Part shown: piece by piece, positions 29,489 through 64,000 of the stretch
How the letters are laid out: every line of letters begins with the position of its first letter
How positions within the stretch are numbered: position 1 is the stretch's first letter
From: Cercozoa sp. M6MM
Taxonomy: Eukaryota; Protista; Endomyxa: Ascetosporea
Length of the DNA stretch: 64,000 nucleotides
NCBI GenBank assembly: GCA_040357565.1
Contig: JBDODJ010000016.1
Reading direction: 5' to 3' (one strand)
Program-made: the position numbers and the translations under genes
The notes under the pieces: generated by a model
What the model was told of the DNA's origin: nothing
The model's input: the letters and a program-made list of their open reading frames with translations, nothing else
Databases searched by the model: none

Positions 29489-29731
29489 TGTTACGGCATA
29501 GCGTTTCTCAGTCAATCAAGTCTGTAATCTGACGTGACTACTCGTCAGCGCGGACGATCAAATCTGAGCCAATATGGGGGAACAAAAAGAGGGGAAGGCG
29601 GGTTCGGTTTTTCCTCGAAAAACTTCGCCATACCCGTTTGACCAAGTTGGTTGAGGACCGGACTGAACGACGCGCCGCCCGCGCACTAAGACTGAAGTTT
29701 TATACTAACTCTCGTTTCAACGTCGGTAACA
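29489..29731. mobile_element. Short LTR-like element family C (243 bp) between the UPF1 and DNA-PKcs stop codons
   Basis: TGTTACGG...CGGTAACA termini as in families A and B; 5' part repeated at 19617-19689; no TSD detected. Confidence 0.65.
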
Positions 29732-29803
29732 GGAGACTCGATCAAACTGAATCAAAATCCGCTATCGCGAGGTACGTTCGTTGACACGACGACCGAATAC
29801 TGC

Positions 29804-59202
<29,399 letters not shown>

Positions 59203-59287
59203 GTCGCCGCGCGTTTTTTGGCAAATGCCAAAAAATTATATTGACACCAAAACAATCACTGAATCGTGTCTCTGTGCCGCAGTTGTA

Positions 59288-61021
59288 ATGCAGATGAAAT
59301 GCTCACAACAGTGCGCCGTATGTAAGTCTTGAAAACCTCTGTCTGACTTTTTTAGTTGTTCATGAACAGGCAGCTGGTATGTACTGGACAGTGTATAGTC
59401 CCAGCTGTTTTGCTCGTGCGATACTGCATTGAGCAGTTCTACTATCTTCGTGCGCCGGCAGGGAGAAACAAATGGCCAGCGAAGCTCGCCAGAACTGGAG
59501 GCAGACAGCTCTGGACCAGTGTACCTGCCGAGAACCCAGATCCTCCCCAGGGCTCGGTCAGGGCACAAGAAGAAGCTGTCCATGCTTTCCATTGAATCCG
59601 GTGACTCTACGCAAGATGTGTCATCACAATGCTAAACCAACTTGAAGTCTGAAAGTCCGAAATGTTCAAGGTATGCACGAGAGTCGTTTGCTTCGGGCAG
59701 GTAGGTTTTCGTTGTGTCACAGAGTTTTTAGTTCACAGACAAGAATGGGAGAGCTGGCTTCCGAAAAGTTCGGCCAGCGCGAGGTCTTCACCTCACCTGC
59801 ACCGGTGAACCAGGTGTGAAATGGGGGTCGAGTATTTGCAACCATCATGTGACTTTTGCGCTCGCAGAAACCGCGAAAGGAGCGATCGAAAAAGAAATCA
59901 CTCGCACTAACGCCAGCGAACCCGCAGCCTGTTGGGAAGTTAACATCTTCTTCCGCGTACGATACTGCAAACGCCCCAAACACAAACAAAACTCAAAGTG
60001 GTTCTACGAGCGCCCAACGACAACCCTCTCGGAACAGCTTCGTCGCGGTGCGGCAGACAACAGGATCGATGAACGCTGCGAAATCGCGGAGTCAACAAAA
60101 CACACCGGACGTACAGATAATGCAGGTACTGTATTCGAGAATTCTTTGCCCTTGTGAACAAAAAATGCGCTGCCCAGGTTACTCGTCTCCTTCCGACTCT
60201 GTCCGATATCAACAACGTTCAAAAGGCATCGGCTTCCCTCGCTCACGCACAGAATCGAGACAACTGCTCCTTTACAGCGACCCAGACAGCAGCTAATATT
60301 ATAGGTACGTCCTCCCCAAGACACCAACGCTAGCACTTAACTCATGAGGTACAGGTGATAGCGAGCCGGAGGACCTTTTGCTGTATGGCGGTGGTGCCGA
60401 GACTGCCTCGCGTAGAGCGCAACTCAGCTTCGCGCTGCTTACTGTTCTCACAGGTGCGTTCAAACAGACAGGACAATGGAAGTGTCGATCAGCTCATCGC
60501 CCTTGTGCACGGCAGTTGTGCTTGTGATCTGCAACATGGCAACAGTGACGTCGCTGGACCACGTGATGTCGCTGTCCCTGCAAGCACAGCCATTGTGCCT
60601 GTCTTTGTTCTTGCTGCTGCCGCTGATGACTGCAGCTCTCGCTTCTGCGCTGCTGCAGGCACCCGACAACATGTTCTTCCTGCGCTACGCCTTCTTTTCG
60701 ATTATGTAATTTTACCTTCAGTTTCCTTTTTCCTGATGTACAGTGTGGATTCCGAATTTACTGGTCTGGCGGTATCCAGCTTGTTGAGTGGATTCTCTGC
60801 CGTCGCTGTGCCTCTGCTGCAGGAGGTGTTGCTGTTGTCAAATTGGCGCATGTCGGTGTTCTCCTTACAACAGGCCAGCAACGCCTTCGTGGCTGCCTTT
60901 TCGACCCATGTAAGTTTACGCCTTGATAAACCCCACTGATGACTCTGCTCTTGAATACGTACCCGTCGTGCAGGTTGCACACGAGTACTGGCTCGCCTCG
61001 GTCACCGGCGCTGATTATTGA
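59288..61021 (+). CDS. Hypothetical protein with hydrophobic C-terminal region (5' structure uncertain)
   Basis: 3' exons splice plausibly (PLCTAVVLVICNM...LCLSLFLLLPLMTAALASALL; ...NAFVAAFSTH|VAHEYWLASVTGADY* at 61021). The start and upstream exons could not be resolved. Confidence 0.4.
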
Positions 61022-61205
61022 GTGAAATTGACCCAAAAGGCAGACCACGCGGCCTGCTGTAGTTCTCGCTGATCAGATGTGATTGTCAGTTCAGGCAGTT
61101 AAATTGTAACGAAAGGCAGCTGGCATGATTGCCTTGCGTCGCCTGATTTGCTAACATAAGACAATGGTCTAAAGTGGAGTCAGTCGACTACCCACGAGTA
61201 TGAGT

Positions 61206-64000
61206 TTAATGCTCGCTCGGCCACAGCACGAGCGCCAATGGACGAACCTGTTTCCATGCAGTCAACAACAAATCAGACATCAAGATGCAGGTGCAAAATT
61301 CACTGCTCTTACATAATCATCGAGGCGTGCGCGCGGAGTCGCCAGCTTGCGCAGAGGCACCTCGAGCTGTTGTCATACTCAGGAAGTTAAGTATGTAAGT
61401 TTATATATAGATGAGCCAATTATCTACCTTCGCGTAGGCAGTGTCTTTGTTGCCTATGCACGAGTAGATGTAAGGTTTCAAGAGAGCAAAAAACATGATG
61501 GGAATGTGCAGGCAAGAGAAGCACCAGGCACTCCAAAGACGGCGATGCGATCGACGCGTTTCGTAGCTTTCGCCGGAAGAACTTTGGTGAGTTCCTGCGG
61601 CTACAGACACAGAGGGGGGATAGAGTACAGCCTGTGGACATAAAGTAGGCTTGCCAAGACATCCTCGCGTGTGCGAAAGGCGCGAACATGTGCATCTCCG
61701 ACATCTGTTCATTCAACATTAAAAGAGAGATCGTTGGGTGAGTTGACTGGTGTGCACGTGCAGGTGCACGTGGTACCAACGAGTGGTGCACTGACGATAC
61801 GCCGGTTCCACACGACGCGATCACCGTCGTTCATGCGCGAGGTGTCGGTCAGAGTCTCCAGCATGCCACTTGTACCTGCATAGGAGGGATTTAGAGTAAT
61901 ACAAGAGTAGCAAGGTGAATGGGGGGGAGGAGGGTAAATAGATGTATAACCAGGCACAAGAGCGACAGGCGTGTGATCAGTGACGGCGTCGATGTCGAAG
62001 CCACGCAGTGCGACGTCTTCTTTGGCTACACACGTGTACCCCTCAGTCAGAAAGTGTCACTCCCAGTGCGGCCACGTGTCACTGGCACGTGTCACACTGG
62101 CAGTGTCAGGGGGGGGGGGGGGGGTAAAACACTACAGGCATGCTGCTGCACGCCAAAGTCGTTGTCGAGAATGTGTCGCGTGCGACTTTGCTGCGTCTCG
62201 GTCATCTACAACACGTGCAGATGATACCACTTTCCACGTGGCTCAGTGACCACGTGGCACAGTGACCACGTGGCACAGTACAAGTGGTACCGGCGGAGAC
62301 TGCCGTAGCCACTGGTGCATGCACACGACGCACAGCACGAGCGCCGTGTCGCCCAGAGTCGTGGCGCCCTGCTGCGAGTCCAATGATGCCACCGCCTGCG
62401 CCAGTGTCGGGTACACCGTCACGTAGCCTGTGCCACGTGCCAAGAGTCACAGGCGACGGTGCAGTGATCAGTCTGACTGGTACCGTCTTGAGGACGTCCC
62501 ACTTTGGCACCCGATCTCTGCGCACGTGCACACAATTTCCGACTGATTGATTGACTCACTCACTCACTCAGTGGGTGGCGGTTACCCTGAAACCACCGTG
62601 TCGCAGCATCACGTGCGCCTCGTCGCTAGGAGTAAGGGTTAGGGGGGGGATAAAAGTGGGGTATCAACTCAGGTACCGAGTGGTCACGTGCCACGCCAGC
62701 AGCGCCTTTTTGTTGCCGGCCACTCTGCTCACAGCACAGTGTCAAGTGAGACACGTGCCTCTAGTCAGACACGTGCCTCCAGTCAGACACGTGCCTCCAG
62801 TCAGACACGTGCCTCCAGTCAGACACGTGCCTCCCTCTCAGTCAGACACGTGTGTGCCTCAGTGGTACCCTCCTGCACCGCCGCACGCGAGTGGCCACTG
62901 CCGACTGCGTCGTCGTCGTTCTTCCGGTTCCTGTCACATAGCACTCGGTTCAGTTCCAGTGGAGCACGTGCTCACTGGTGCCAAATGATCCCAGCGATCA
63001 CTGATCAGGATGGGAAGGTACCAGTGCCAGTGAGAGCGCGCGACGTCGCAGTGCAAACACGGCGAAATTCGCCTCCTCCAACTGCGTACCGAGGTCCTCT
63101 TAGAAACAAAAAACAAACAACGGTACATTTGGACCACGGTCCGTCCGTACGGATCGCTCCAGATGGACCAGTGAATGGACTGGACTGATTAAAGAACCGG
63201 TACGTTCGATGACGCCCGTCGACGTGAGTGCCTGCAGTGCCGCCGCGTGTTCTGCATCTCGCTCGATACGAACTGCGCCTGCGGGGGGGGGGGGGGGTAA
63301 AGGGGGTAAAGTGGGATACAAGGGGTAAAGGAGTAGCAAAGGGTGAAAGTATAGGGGATTCAGGATGGGGTAACGAAGACTAGGATACCAGCGCCGATGT
63401 TGGTGGACTCAGTTGCAACTGTGCATGGGGCAGGGAGTAAAACGAGGTAGGTGCTAAGGAGTTAAGGGAGTTAAGGGGTAAAGGGAGGTTAAGGAGGTTA
63501 AGGGCTTAAGGGAGGTTAAGGGGCTTAAGGGAGGTTAAGGGGGCTTAAGGGAGGTTAAGGGCTTAAGGGAGGCTAAGGGGTTAAGGGGGCAGGGGGGTGA
63601 AACATACGATGTACTGCCGCTCAGCGAATCGCCAAGCAATCGGCGCAAGCAGCACGGCATCCTCAGGCGATGCACTACCACGACAAATGGACGGTACAAA
63701 ATGAACGGTACAAATGGACGGTACAAAATGGACGGGACAAAAAAGGACGGGACAAATCATATCAGTCTCCCCCTTAACTAAAACAGCAGTTACCGCGACA
63801 CCTGCATGTGCAGGAAGTTGTCCAACACGTTGGTCAGTGCCACGGCTTCGTTCAGTGCCTCCACCTGCCCTCAGGGGGTGGGGGGTTAAAGGTGTAGGGG
63901 GTAAAGGTGTAGGGGGTAAAGGGTATAGGGGGTAAATGATATAGGGGTAAAGGGTATAGGGGGTAAAGGGTATAGGGGGGAGGTAAAACACCATCTGCAG
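61206..64000 (-). CDS. Partial gene (3' part) with a divergent PARP/ADP-ribosyltransferase-like region
   Basis: Phase-consistent exons give NFAVFALRRRAL...NKKALLAWHVTTRDEAHVMLRHGGFRRSGAKVGRPQDGYVTVYPTLAQAVAS...TALVLCVVCM and a last exon VRPLALVLWPSEH* (61206). The gene is well supported; the fold assignment is by eye only. Confidence 0.5.
62749..62850. repeat. Intronic 18-bp minisatellite (AGACACGTGCCTCCAGTC) x~5
   Basis: Directly visible; each unit contains the palindrome CACGTG. Confidence 0.93.
63455..63590. repeat. Intronic telomere-like degenerate repeat (TTAAGGG + GC/AGG spacers)
   Basis: Repeated TTAAGG(G) cores; related GGGGTAAAGGGTATA tracts at ~63285-63360 and ~63874-63985; a ~14-bp AAATGGACGGTACA repeat at ~63683-63756. 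Confidence 0.85.

Noticed and set aside
61022-61205. LTR remnant in the fourth convergent gap (TGTAAC...TAACA, GATTGTCAG)
   Set aside because: Matches are too short and there is no TSD; could be chance.
62600-62626. DEAH-box helicase from the peptide RDEAHV
   Set aside because: No Walker A, SAT or QRxGR motifs in the neighbouring exons; coincidental tetrapeptide.
63455-64000. True telomere at the right edge
   Set aside because: Repeats are degenerate, confined to introns and interleaved with coding exons.

Overview
Compact, extremely intron-rich eukaryotic (protist-like) genomic DNA. Exons are short, GT-AG introns are about 50-100 nt and often carry microsatellites, and the standard genetic code fits, so the six-frame ORF track is mostly exon fragments and repeat artefacts. 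All gene models below were spliced by hand. Left to right: a partial hypothetical gene (-); a soluble myosin-TH1/PH/PH class III adenylate cyclase (-); a small TM/coiled-coil gene (-); a heterotrimeric G-alpha (+); an F-box protein (-); a membrane protein (-); DDX49/Dbp8 helicase (+); a BAR-RhoGAP (-); UPF1 (+); a 29.4-kb DNA-PKcs gene (-); a hypothetical membrane gene (+); and a partial gene with a PARP/ART-like C-terminus (-). Three observations stand out. (1) The G-alpha carries the two classic GTPase-impairing substitutions (DVGGQ>DVGGL and, by the inferred splice, P-loop G>S) and lies about 1.9 kb from an adenylate cyclase with three predicted lipid-binding modules. (2) LTR-like elements with TGTTAC...GTAACA termini occur only in the gaps between convergent gene 3' ends and are nested in each other. 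(3) Both copies of one element carry a different 143-bp host-like insert, one of them a near-exact intron-exon-intron copy of the DNA-PKcs 5' region about 40 kb away.
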